From a bacterium (GTDB lineage Bacteria; Vulcanimicrobiota; Vulcanimicrobiia; Vulcanimicrobiales; SCRA01), in NCBI GenBank assembly GCA_004298675.1, contig SCRI01000002.1:13181-77180 (forward strand): DNA of 64,000 nt, written 5' to 3'. The notes beneath the pieces are model-generated. The model was not told the origin of the DNA and ran no database searches. It worked only from the letters and a program-made list of their open reading frames with translations. Every line of letters starts with the position of its first letter. The first letter of the stretch is position 1. Below, one piece after another: positions 19,526 through 28,787 of this stretch. Made by a program: the position numbers and the translations under genes.

Positions 19526-20476
19526 CTACCTCCGGGTGGCCTCGTCGTGCCGGTAGATCACGCCGTATTTCTCGCACTGGGCCAGCACCGCTTCAGGCGT
19601 GGTGTGCGCCAGCAGCCGGCGGCGCGCGTGATCGACGAAGGCCAGCACGGTTGGCGAGCGGTAGCGCCTGCGCGGCAACACGGAGGCTACCGTACGCGTC
19701 GGAGCGTCGGTGATGGGCACCGCCACCAGCTCGCCGGCAATCAGCAGCGCCAACCGCGGTATCAGCGCCACGCCCAAGCGCGCGCGCACGAAGCCCGCCA
19801 CGGTGATGATGTCGTCGGTGGTCCAACGCCGCTGCGGCTTGCGCCCGGTGGTCCGTTCGAACACCGCCACGATCTCCTGCCACGCTCCGCTGCGGTCGCC
19901 GAAACCCACCAGAGGCTCGTCCACGATGTCCGCCAGAGAGACTTCGCGGCGACTCGCCAGCGGATGGCCGGGTGGAGCAATCAGCATGTACGGCTCGGTG
20001 AAGATCGGAGCGACGTCCAACTCGGGATCGTCGACCGGCAGCAGCACGAACCCGACGTCAGCCTCCGCGCGCTTGACCATCTCCGCGACGTCGTCGCGCT
20101 CGCCCTCGAGCAGCAGAAAATCGACCCCGGGATGCAGGTGCACGAAGTCGGCGATCAACTCCGGCATGAGGCGGCCGGCCACCGATTGGAAGGCGCCGAT
20201 GTAAATTCTGTCACGCTCGGCGTTGAGCACGCCGCGAATCTCCTCCGCGGCCGCGCGCAGCTCCGCGACCGCGCGCTCAGCGCGCGGCAGCAGGACCTCG
20301 CCCAACGGGGTTAGACCCAAACGGCGCCCCAGACGATCGAAGAGCGGGCCGCCGTAGCGCTCCTCCAGCGCCGCGATGGACTGGCTGACGGCCCCTTGCG
20401 TACGGTCGAGCGACTCGGCGGCACGCGAGAAGCTCCCCACACGCGCCGCCGCGATGAACGCTTCGATGTGGCTCAT
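19526..20476 (-). CDS. LysR-family transcriptional regulator
   Basis: N-terminal HTH MSHIEAFIAAARVGSFSRAAESLDRTQGAVSQSIAALE plus a LysR substrate-binding domain. Confidence 0.85.
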   Translation of the reverse strand: MSHIEAFIAAARVGSFSRAAESLDRTQGAVSQSIAALEERYGGPLFDRLGRRLGLTPLGEVLLPRAERAVAELRAAAEEIRGVLNAERDRIYIGAFQSVAGRLMPELIADFVHLHPGVDFLLLEGERDDVAEMVKRAEADVGFVLLPVDDPELDVAPIFTEPYMLIAPPGHPLASRREVSLADIVDEPLVGFGDRSGAWQEIVAVFERTTGRKPQRRWTTDDIITVAGFVRARLGVALIPRLALLIAGELVAVPITDAPTRTVASVLPRRRYRSPTVLAFVDHARRRLLAHTTPEAVLAQCEKYGVIYRHDEATRR

Positions 20477-20538
20477 GTTGAGGTTACCGAGCAGATGGTT
20501 GTCGTTCACGGCTCCCCGCACGGCGTCAGCACGCCTTC

Positions 20539-20559
20539 ATCGATATTAGCATCGCTATT
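20539..20559. promoter_or_regulatory. AT-rich direct repeat, candidate LysR operator or promoter element
   Basis: ATCGATATT (20539-20547) and ATCGCTATT (20551-20559), 12 bp apart centre to centre. They sit in the divergent LysR/Nramp intergenic region, locally AT-rich in a GC-rich genome. Confidence 0.25.
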
Positions 20560-20633
20560 CTGAAGCCTCGCGAGACACCCCTATCTCTACGGAGTGGCCG
20601 GTCTTACGATACGGGTGAGGAGCATAGAACCAC

Positions 20634-20834
20634 ATGTTGATCACCACCGCGATCCTCGCACTCTTGGCCCTGACCATCGTTGGGCACGGCCACCCGGTCG
20701 ACTCGCGTCTGGACGCCAGCGAATACCCGTTCTTCCGGCGCGGCAGCCGGCCGGAGCTGCGCAACCTAACCTACGACGCTGCCCCCGCCCGCGAAAACGA
20801 GCTGCGCGAGCATAGGCTAGCCCGCGCAGCCTAA
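20634..20834 (+). CDS. Possible small membrane protein (66 aa) upstream of the Nramp gene
   Basis: GAGGAG about 11 nt upstream of the ATG. One N-terminal TM helix followed by HGH. Very high third-position G+C in this frame. No family recognised. Confidence 0.4.
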   Translation: MLITTAILALLALTIVGHGHPVDSRLDASEYPFFRRGSRPELRNLTYDAAPARENELREHRLARAA

Positions 20835-20882
20835 CCCGCGCAGGCCGCAATAGCGCCAAACCGGGCGCGGTAGAATAGCGGC

Positions 20883-22142
20883 ATGTCGCGGATCGCGCGG
20901 TTCTTCCGGGTTCTCGGCCCAGGGCTGATCACCGGCGCGGCCGACGACGACCCCTCCGGTATCTCCACGTATTCAGTCGCCGGCGCCACAACCGGCTACT
21001 CCCTGCTCTGGCTGACCTTGATCTCCACTCCGATGATGGCCGTCGTCCAAGGGATGGCGTCGCGCGTCTCGATGGTGACCGGCGAAGGCCTCGCCGCGCT
21101 CATGCGCAAGTCGCTTCCGCTCTCCCTCGCCTATGCGCTGGCGGGCCTCGTGATCGTCGCAAACACGTTCAACGTCGGAGCGGACATCGGCGGCATGGCC
21201 GAGGCCGCGCACCTGGTGCTCCCGCTGCCGAGCGACGCCTGGGTCTTTTTCTTCGGCATCGGACTCATCGCCGCGCAGATCTGGCTTTCGTACGCAACGA
21301 TCGCGAGCGTGTTCAAGTGGCTGACGCTGGCCCTGTTCGCCTACGCCGCCACCGCAGCCATCGTGCATGTTCCCTGGAGCACCGCTCTTCGCCACCTCGT
21401 GTTGCCTGAACTCCGCTTCGACGGCCAGTGGCTGGTCACCACGGTCGCCGTGCTCGGGACCACGATCACGCCCTACCTGTTCTTCTGGCAATCTTCGTTG
21501 ACGATCGAAGAGGAGAAAGAGGCCGGCAACACGACCATCGCCTCACGCCACGGCACCGATACCAGATCGATCAAGGCGATGCACACCGACGTCAACGCCG
21601 GCATGGTGTTCTCGAACGCCGTCGCACTGTTCATCATCGTGACGACGGCCGCCACGCTGGGCGCGCACGGAAGGCACGACATCGCCACCGCGCAACAGGC
21701 GGCCGAGGCGCTGCGCCCGCTGGCCGGGCGCTTCGCCGAGTTGCTGTTCACGCTGGGCATGGTGGGCACCGGCATGCTGGCGGTTCCGGTCCTGGCCGGA
21801 TCCTCCGCCTACGTCGCCGCGCAGACGTTTAGATTCCGCGAGGGCCTGGACGAGCCGCTGCAGCGCGCGCCGAAGTTCTACGGCATCATCGCGGCGGGGA
21901 TTCTTATCGGGATCGCGATGAATCTGCTGCAGATCGACGCCATCAAGGCGCTCTTCTGGTCCGCCGTGCTCAACGGCTTCGCCGCCGTGCCACTCATCGC
22001 CATCCTCGTCCGGCTAGCCTCGAATGCGAAGCTCATGGGCAAGTGGCGCAGCTCGCCGCTGGCCGTCGCGTGGGGTTGGGCCACCGTTGCGCTCATGGGC
22101 GGCGCGGCTCTGGGGATGGTCTACTCGATGTTCGCTCACTAG
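20883..22142 (+). CDS. Nramp-family divalent metal cation transporter
   Basis: GPGLITGAADDDPSGISTYS signature and about 11 TM helices. Confidence 0.85.
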   Translation: MSRIARFFRVLGPGLITGAADDDPSGISTYSVAGATTGYSLLWLTLISTPMMAVVQGMASRVSMVTGEGLAALMRKSLPLSLAYALAGLVIVANTFNVGADIGGMAEAAHLVLPLPSDAWVFFFGIGLIAAQIWLSYATIASVFKWLTLALFAYAATAAIVHVPWSTALRHLVLPELRFDGQWLVTTVAVLGTTITPYLFFWQSSLTIEEEKEAGNTTIASRHGTDTRSIKAMHTDVNAGMVFSNAVALFIIVTTAATLGAHGRHDIATAQQAAEALRPLAGRFAELLFTLGMVGTGMLAVPVLAGSSAYVAAQTFRFREGLDEPLQRAPKFYGIIAAGILIGIAMNLLQIDAIKALFWSAVLNGFAAVPLIAILVRLASNAKLMGKWRSSPLAVAWGWATVALMGGAALGMVYSMFAH

Positions 22143-23121
22143 GCTTCCCCGCCATGCGCCGCGCGGCCATCAACGTGTATGCCACCACGATGATCAAGCC
22201 AGCAATCGTCGCCGTCAGCGCCGTGGCAAGTGCGGTTGCGGAGGGTGACGCGTCGTAGATCGAGAGTCCGCCGTGCCGTGCGGGAAAGCTCGGCAGTAAA
22301 TAGGGAAATAGCGTTGCCGCCGCGGCGGCCAGCAGCGTTGTGAGCAGGGCGCACGATGCCGCGAACGCCGTCTGCTCCCGCCCGGCGCGGCCCGCCGTGC
22401 GCAGCCAGAAGAACGTGGCCAGCGAGAGCAGCGGCAGGACGGCGGTCAACGCCGGAGCGCGCGTGAAGAAACCGCGCTCGAGACCCGTCGCGACGGTAAC
22501 GATCGCGTAGAGCGCCAGCACGACCCACCACAGCACGCGCAAGAGCGCTCGAGCACGCAGAGCGGGGGGACCCTCGACCCGTAACACGAGGAAGGCGGCT
22601 CCGTGCTGTGCCAGCACGCCGATCGCGAGCAGCCCCACCAGGAGCGCGTAGGGATTCAACAGATACGCGAAGGTACCGAGAAAGTAACCCTGCGGCGAGA
22701 GCGGCAGGCCGCGGAGGAGGTTGCCTAGCGTGATGCCCAGCAGCAGGATGAGCAGCGTGCTCGACGCCGAGAATGCGAAATCCCAGAAATCGTGCCACAC
22801 CTGACCGGAAAAGTGATTTCGCACCTCCATCGCGATGCCGCGGAACATGAATAGCCAGAGCACGATCGTGAACGGCAGATAGAAGCCGCTGAACGAGACG
22901 GCATACGCCGCCGGAAAGAGTGCGAACAGCGCCCCACCGGCAGCGATGAGCCAGACCTCGTTACCGTTCCAGAAGGGGCCGATGCTGGACATCGCGGCGG
23001 CGCGCTGGCTGTCCGTGCGGGCGACAAGGGGCACGATCGCGGCAACTCCCAGATCGTAGCCGTCGAGCAGGACGTAAGCCGTGATCATCGTCGCAAGCAG
23101 AAGAAACGCAACGACGCTCAT
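22093..23121 (-). CDS. cydB: Cytochrome bd ubiquinol oxidase subunit II
   Basis: N-terminus MSVVAFLLLATMITAYVLLDGYDLGV. ATGA overlap with cydA. Confidence 0.9.
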   Translation of the reverse strand: MSVVAFLLLATMITAYVLLDGYDLGVAAIVPLVARTDSQRAAAMSSIGPFWNGNEVWLIAAGGALFALFPAAYAVSFSGFYLPFTIVLWLFMFRGIAMEVRNHFSGQVWHDFWDFAFSASSTLLILLLGITLGNLLRGLPLSPQGYFLGTFAYLLNPYALLVGLLAIGVLAQHGAAFLVLRVEGPPALRARALLRVLWWVVLALYAIVTVATGLERGFFTRAPALTAVLPLLSLATFFWLRTAGRAGREQTAFAASCALLTTLLAAAAATLFPYLLPSFPARHGGLSIYDASPSATALATALTATIAGLIIVVAYTLMAARRMAGKPSERTSSRPSPEPRRP

Positions 23122-24443
23122 GCGGGGCCCGTCTCCGCCGTTTCACTGGGACCGGCGGCGATCTCGCGCAGGATCAAGTAGAGAAAAAGTACGCCCAACA
23201 GGAAGTACATCCCAAGAAAACCGATGAGCGTGAAGATCGTTTCTCCTGCGGCGACGTTGGGCGAGGATCCCTGCGCCGTGCGCATGAGTCCGTAAACGAT
23301 CCACGGCTGGCGCCCCACCTCGGTGACGATCCACCCCGCCTCGTTCGCGACGTAGGGAAAGGGCATGAGGAGCAGCAGCAGCCAGAGCAACCAACGCGCG
23401 GTGAACAGACGTCTTCGCCAGAGCAGCAAGGTGGCCAGCGCCGCCACCGCAAGGAAGATCGTTCCCAGGCCGACCATCACGTGGTAGGCGTAGTACGTTA
23501 GCTCAACGGGTGGCCAGAGCTCGCGCGCATACGCGGTGAGGCCCTTGACCTCCGCTCTCGTGTTGCCGTAAGCCAAGTAGCTCAAGATGCTGGGCACGAA
23601 GATCGGATCGATGAGCCGTTGCGCTCGCGTATCCGGCATGCCGATGATCGCCAGCGGAGCGCCGTTGACCGACTGGAAAAGGCCCTCCATGGCGGCGAGC
23701 TTCACGGGTTGATCCACGGTCACGTCGGCGCTGTTACGGTCGCCCGTCGGAAAGATCAAGAGCATCGAGAAGACGAAGGCGGTCAGCGCGCCGGCAGCGG
23801 TGAAGCGGCGCCCAAAGGGCCCCTCGCGCCGGGCCAAGAGATAATACGCGCCGACCCCGGCGACGATGAAACCGCCGGCGGCCATGGCACCGCAGAGGAC
23901 GTGCAGGTACTGCCACCACGCGAAGGGATTGAGCAGAACGGCAGCGATGCTGCGCAGCTCGACACGCCCACCTGGAGCTAGCGCGTAGCCGACGGGATGC
24001 TGCATCCAAGCGTCGGCTGCGACGATGAAGAAGCCGGAGAGCCAAGACCCTAGCCACACCAGCGTCGCGGAGGCGGTGTGAAGCCTGGGCGTGACGTGCT
24101 GCTTACCGTAGAGAAGCACACCCAGGAAGACGGACTCCAGGAAGAACGCGTAGACGCCTTCCATCACCAGCGGCTGACCGACCACGCTGCCCGTCTGGCG
24201 TGAGAATTGCGCCCAGTTCGTTCCGAATTGAAACTCCATGGGAATGCCGGTCACGACGCCGGCTGCGAAGTTAACGGCAAAAATCTTTGTCCAGAAGCTC
24301 GCGGCTGCTGCGGCTCCTGCGTCCACTCCGCGCCGGGCGCGCAACGTGTAGAGCGCGACAAACGGCGCCAGACCCATCGTCCCGATCGGAAAGAGGTAAT
24401 GGAACATGATCGTAAAGGCGAACTGTAACCGATCGGCAAGCAT
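23118..24443 (-). CDS. cydA: Cytochrome bd ubiquinol oxidase subunit I
   Basis: LQFAFTIMFHYLFPIGTMGLAPF, a Q-loop region and 441 aa. Confidence 0.9.
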   Translation of the reverse strand: MLADRLQFAFTIMFHYLFPIGTMGLAPFVALYTLRARRGVDAGAAAAASFWTKIFAVNFAAGVVTGIPMEFQFGTNWAQFSRQTGSVVGQPLVMEGVYAFFLESVFLGVLLYGKQHVTPRLHTASATLVWLGSWLSGFFIVAADAWMQHPVGYALAPGGRVELRSIAAVLLNPFAWWQYLHVLCGAMAAGGFIVAGVGAYYLLARREGPFGRRFTAAGALTAFVFSMLLIFPTGDRNSADVTVDQPVKLAAMEGLFQSVNGAPLAIIGMPDTRAQRLIDPIFVPSILSYLAYGNTRAEVKGLTAYARELWPPVELTYYAYHVMVGLGTIFLAVAALATLLLWRRRLFTARWLLWLLLLLMPFPYVANEAGWIVTEVGRQPWIVYGLMRTAQGSSPNVAAGETIFTLIGFLGMYFLLGVLFLYLILREIAAGPSETAETGPA

Positions 24444-24508
24444 GGGATTATCGCCGGCCTATGCGTTAGCCGGCGTTCGCCTGCGTGGGCAACATCGGAA
24501 GCCCAGGC

Positions 24509-24790
24509 CTAACGCTTGCGAGCCGCCTTGCGCGGAACTTTCGCACCGGCCTTGCGCGCCTTGCTCAGGCCGATGGTGATTGCCTGCTTACGGCTTGTGA
24601 CCGGCTTACTCGAACTCCCTGATACCAACTCGCCCTGTTCCATCTCGTGCATCGCGCGCTCCACCGACTGTTGCGCCTGCGGTCCATACGCGCGCGTCTG
24701 CTGCTCCGCGGGCGCCTTGGATCCGGCGTTTGTCTTGCGGCTCTTCTTCGGCGCGGCTCTCTTCGAGGTATGACGCTTCGTTGCAGCCAT
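24509..24790 (-). CDS. Small basic protein, DUF6496-like
   Basis: MHEMEQGELVSGSSSKPVTSRKQAITIGLSKARKAG resembles the HEFKxGELKSG...SRKQAIAIALSEA core I recall for this family. Lys/Arg-rich termini. Confidence 0.55.
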   Translation of the reverse strand: MAATKRHTSKRAAPKKSRKTNAGSKAPAEQQTRAYGPQAQQSVERAMHEMEQGELVSGSSSKPVTSRKQAITIGLSKARKAGAKVPRKAARKR

Positions 24791-24890
24791 GGCAGCCCCC
24801 AATCATAATCTTGCGCTCGCGTCCCTCTACCCGCCCGCGCGCGGCGGCAAACGAACGTCGCGAGCACTCGCGCTCGCCGTTGTCGCCCTC

Positions 24891-26459
24891 CTAGCCTGCG
24901 GGGTCCCCCTCGTTGCCGGCAGCTTCGGCCTGAGCCGCGTCAGCCAAGACCGCCTCCGCCGCAAGCAAGCCGGGCGCGCCGCTGACGCAGCCGCCCGGGT
25001 GGGCGCCGGAGCCGCACAGATACAGACCTGCGACGGGCGCCCGCGCGGCAAAGCGATCGCCGAAGATTTGGCCCGGCAAGAGTTCCCCGTGAAAGATGTG
25101 GCCGTGATAGAGGCCCAGCAGCTCCTCTAGATCCGGCGGCGCCAACACCTGCCGCGCCTCCACAACGTCAGGGAGATTGGGCGCATAACGCGCGAGTGTC
25201 TCCAAGATCACGTCGGCGGCCTGTTCGCGCCGCGCCGCGTCCCAGCCGCCCGTGCGGCCGTACGGGAACCACTGCGCGAACACCGAGAGCAGATGCTTAC
25301 CCGGCGGCGCGATGCTCGCGTCGGTTGGAGATTGCATGAAGCACTCCAGCAGCGGCGCCTGCGAGACCCCGCCGGCAGCGGCATCCTCGTAGCCGCGCTG
25401 AAGATACTCGAGCGACGGCGCTACGTGTATCGTCGCACGATGGTGGGCTTGCAGTTGCGTGCCGGGGCGCGCGCTAAAATCCGGCGCCTCGCCCAGCGCG
25501 AAGTTTACTTTCAGCGAGACGCCCTCACAGCGCCATGCGCGCACGTGCGCCGCGAACTCCGCCGCGATGCTCCCAGCGGGAAGTAGCTCGAGAAACGTGC
25601 GCTGCGGCGTGGCGTTGGAGAGGACCGTCGCCGCGGCAATCTCCGTCCCGTCGCGCAAGACCACTCCCCGCACGCGTCCACGCTCCACGACGATGCGCTC
25701 GACCTCCGCCTGCGTGCGAATCTCACCACCGGCGCTACGCAGCGAGAGCGCCAAGGCGCGCGTGATACCGCCCATGCCGCCGCGCACGAATCCCCAGGCC
25801 CCCTGCACGCCGTGCGCGCGCCCCGCGTAGTGATGCGCAAGCACGTAGCCCGTGCCGCCCTGCTCCGGGCCGGCAAAGGTACCGATGAGCCCGTCGGTGG
25901 CCAGTGTGGCTTGCAGCACGGGCGCGTGCACGTAACGGCGCACGAGCTCGGCGGCGCTGGCTTCGAGGATGGACCACGCATCGTTCTCGCCCCAGCGCGC
26001 CGTCAAAATGTCGCGTGACGGCGCTGGTTGCGCAAGCGTCTCGTGAACGAATCCGCCCCAGCGCTCGGCAGCGCTCGTAAACTGCCGCAGTCCGTCGACG
26101 TCGCGCGGATCGAAGCGCGAGACCTCCAGCGCATTGGCGGCGTCGTCGGAGCCCAGTAGCAGCGAGCGCCCGTCCTCCAGCGGCGTAAACGATGCCGGTT
26201 CCTTGCGGTAGGCTTCGTAACCAAAGCGGGCCAACTCCAGTTCGCGGACCACGCGCGGATGGAGCAGGCTCACGACGTATGCGGCGGTCGAGACGCGCCA
26301 GCCCGGCCACGGCGATTCCGTGACACAGGCGCCTCCCACCACCTCGCGCCGCTCCAGCGCCAGCACCCGGAGGCCGGCGCGCGCAAGCAGCGCCGCCGCA
26401 ACCAGCCCGTTGTGGCCGCAGCCGACGACGACGACGTCGTACGTAGTACCTGCCTTCAC
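24891..26459 (-). CDS. Phytoene-desaturase-family (CrtI-like) NAD(P)/FAD-dependent oxidoreductase
   Basis: GTG start preceded by GAGGAGG. Rossmann motif YDVVVVGCGHNGLVAAALLARAG. CrtI-like length. GTGA overlap with the upstream permease. Confidence 0.75.
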   Translation of the reverse strand: MKAGTTYDVVVVGCGHNGLVAAALLARAGLRVLALERREVVGGACVTESPWPGWRVSTAAYVVSLLHPRVVRELELARFGYEAYRKEPASFTPLEDGRSLLLGSDDAANALEVSRFDPRDVDGLRQFTSAAERWGGFVHETLAQPAPSRDILTARWGENDAWSILEASAAELVRRYVHAPVLQATLATDGLIGTFAGPEQGGTGYVLAHHYAGRAHGVQGAWGFVRGGMGGITRALALSLRSAGGEIRTQAEVERIVVERGRVRGVVLRDGTEIAAATVLSNATPQRTFLELLPAGSIAAEFAAHVRAWRCEGVSLKVNFALGEAPDFSARPGTQLQAHHRATIHVAPSLEYLQRGYEDAAAGGVSQAPLLECFMQSPTDASIAPPGKHLLSVFAQWFPYGRTGGWDAARREQAADVILETLARYAPNLPDVVEARQVLAPPDLEELLGLYHGHIFHGELLPGQIFGDRFAARAPVAGLYLCGSGAHPGGCVSGAPGLLAAEAVLADAAQAEAAGNEGDPAG

Positions 26460-27820
26460 GCTGCCTCCTCTGCAACGGCGACGCCGGCGGCTCCGCGCCG
26501 CAGCAGCGCGAAGGGAACGCCGAGTATCAAGCCGCTGGCGGCAATCCAACGCTGCACGCCATCGGCACCCACCACGCCGTAGACGACGATGGCGCCCAGC
26601 CACAGCGCACCGAGCAACGGCAGCGTGACGGTGCGCAGCCGCTGCAAGCCGCGCGCGTGCGGCGCGAACACCGCCGCGCAAGCCAGAGCCGAGAGCACGA
26701 AGAGCGCACCCAAGAAGACGCTCGAAGCATCCACGATCGCGTTCAATGCCACGTTGACCGACGGCGAAAGGCCCGCCAGCCCCGTCGAGATCACCGTCAC
26801 GATCAGCATGCCCAGAATCGCGCCGTCAGGCGTCCCCAAGCGCGGATGGACATGCGCGAGACGCCTAGGCAGCACGCCGTCGCGCGCCATGGCGAAGGCG
26901 GAGCGCGAGAGGTAGAGCATGGTCGTGAAGAGCGAGGCCGCACTCGAAACGAGTACCGTCGCGGCCACGACGCGTAGCCACAGCCCGCCTCCCAACTGCT
27001 GCGCGACGTACTCCATGGCGTCGGCACTGTGCTTGGCGTAACCGTCGACCGTTCCCAAGCGCAGCGCCACGGTCGCGAACAGCGCCAGCGCCACGGCGGT
27101 TACCGCCAGTGCCGTCACGCCGGCGAGGCCGGGCTCGCGGCTTGCACCCAGACGCTCCTCGCTCGATGCGGCGGAGGCCTCCCATCCATCCACCACCCAA
27201 ATCGAGAGCACCGCCGCGCCGAGTACGCCTGCGAAACCCGTGTGATGGAAACTGCGCAGTACCGCGTGCGCCGGCGCCACGCTAGGATGGAGCAGGATGG
27301 CGACCACCAGCGCACCCAGCACGGCAAACTCCGCCGCCAGCATCGCCGCGCTGACCTCCGCCGTTGGACGCGCGCCCGCGTAGAGCAGCGCCGACGCGGC
27401 CACGATCCACACCATCGCTACCAACCCCACCACGAACGCCGAGGGCGTGCGCTCCGGCGCCAGTAGCGCCAGCGTGTAGGTCGCGGCGGGCCATGCGGTA
27501 GCCATGGTGGCGAAGAAGTTGGCGCACAGCAGCGTCCACGCGCCGTACGATCCCACGCCGCGCCCAAACGCCATGCGGATCCACGCGTATGACGACCCCG
27601 CCGACGGATGCGCGCGCACGAGATGGCCGAAGGCAAACGCCACCAGCGTCATGGGAACGCAGAGCATCAGCAGCGCCAGCGGAGCGTCGTATCCCGCCGC
27701 GGCTACCATCAGCCCCAGCGTTGCGGCCAGACTGTACGCGGGCGCCATCGAAGCGCTGCCGATCACTGCGAGATCGCGCAACGAGAGGACGCGTTTGAGT
27801 GCACGATCCGTGACGGCCAT
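26456..27820 (-). CDS. APC-family amino acid permease
   Basis: Start at MAVTDRALKRVLSLRDLAVIGSASMAPAYS, preceded by AAGGAG. About 12 TM helices. Confidence 0.8.
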   Translation of the reverse strand: MAVTDRALKRVLSLRDLAVIGSASMAPAYSLAATLGLMVAAAGYDAPLALLMLCVPMTLVAFAFGHLVRAHPSAGSSYAWIRMAFGRGVGSYGAWTLLCANFFATMATAWPAATYTLALLAPERTPSAFVVGLVAMVWIVAASALLYAGARPTAEVSAAMLAAEFAVLGALVVAILLHPSVAPAHAVLRSFHHTGFAGVLGAAVLSIWVVDGWEASAASSEERLGASREPGLAGVTALAVTAVALALFATVALRLGTVDGYAKHSADAMEYVAQQLGGGLWLRVVAATVLVSSAASLFTTMLYLSRSAFAMARDGVLPRRLAHVHPRLGTPDGAILGMLIVTVISTGLAGLSPSVNVALNAIVDASSVFLGALFVLSALACAAVFAPHARGLQRLRTVTLPLLGALWLGAIVVYGVVGADGVQRWIAASGLILGVPFALLRRGAAGVAVAEEAA

Positions 27821-27866
27821 CCTCGCTCCTTGAAGGTGTCGGCCCCGGGCGGGGAAAGAAGCGTTC

Positions 27867-28787
27867 GTGGTCCAGACCGACGCTCCCCGGCGGCGGGGGC
27901 GTTTCGCGCCGAGCCCCACGGGGCCGATGCACCTAGGAAACGCCCGTACCGCGCTGCTGGCATGGCTGGACGCACGCGCCGGCGGCGGCCGCATCGTCTT
28001 ACGCATCGAGGATCTCGACCCACAGCGTTCGCACCGCAAGCACGCCGAGCTCGTGCAGCGCGATCTAGCTTGGCTGGGCCTGGACTACGACGAAGGACCT
28101 TACTACCAGAGCCGGCGCACGGCGCGTTACGCGGCGGTGCTGGAGGCGTTGAAGGCACGCGATCTCGTCTATCCCTGCTGGTGTTCGCGTGCCGACGTCC
28201 ACCGTGCTGCCGGCGCGCCGCACTTGGGTGAGGAGGCTCGCTATCCCGGCACCTGCGCGCGGCACGCCGCGCCGCCGGCGGGGAGACGGCGCGAACCGGC
28301 GTGGCGCCTGCGCACGCCGGCACGCGCCTACGCTTGGGACGACCTGGTGCTCGGCGCCAGCAGCGAGCGTGCCGATCTGTACGGAGATTTAGTGGTCCGG
28401 CGCGCCGATGGTGCGTTCGGCTACCAGCTCGCCGTCGCGATCGACGACGCCGAGCTGGGCATCACGCGCGCGATCCGCGGCGGGGATCTCATCACATCGA
28501 CACCGCGCCAGCTCGCGCTCTATGACATGCTGAACTATCGCCCGCCGCGCTTTGGCCACGTGCCGCTGCTGTTCGATGCAGCGGGGCGGCGTCTAGCCAA
28601 GCGCACGCCGTCGACCACGATCTCCGGGCTGCGCGACGCCGGCGAGGACCCACGCGCCGTGGTGGGCATGCTCGCCGCACAACTCGGCTGGGCGGCGCCG
28701 GGCCAACGCTTGTGGCCGCGAGAGCTGCTGCAGGCGGGCTATGGTGTTGAGCGGATCGGCGCACCGCTGGAACGGCGGCATGCGTAG
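27867..28787 (+). CDS. gluQ: tRNA glutamyl-Q(34) synthetase
   Basis: 306 aa, a truncated GluRS-like protein. GRFAPSPTGPMHLGN, and Zn-site residues YPCWCS...YPGTC. Confidence 0.85.
   Translation: MVQTDAPRRRGRFAPSPTGPMHLGNARTALLAWLDARAGGGRIVLRIEDLDPQRSHRKHAELVQRDLAWLGLDYDEGPYYQSRRTARYAAVLEALKARDLVYPCWCSRADVHRAAGAPHLGEEARYPGTCARHAAPPAGRRREPAWRLRTPARAYAWDDLVLGASSERADLYGDLVVRRADGAFGYQLAVAIDDAELGITRAIRGGDLITSTPRQLALYDMLNYRPPRFGHVPLLFDAAGRRLAKRTPSTTISGLRDAGEDPRAVVGMLAAQLGWAAPGQRLWPRELLQAGYGVERIGAPLERRHA

Noticed and set aside
20522-20633. Mn-sensing (yybP-ykoY) or other riboswitch in front of the Nramp gene
   Set aside because: I could not find the conserved riboswitch core sequences by eye. A covariance-model scan is needed before making any claim.
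24444-24508. 7-bp inverted repeat CGCCGGC/GCCGGCG upstream of cydA as a regulatory site or terminator
   Set aside because: The stem is short, the loop is 10 nt and there is no U-tract. Such GC palindromes occur by chance at this base composition.
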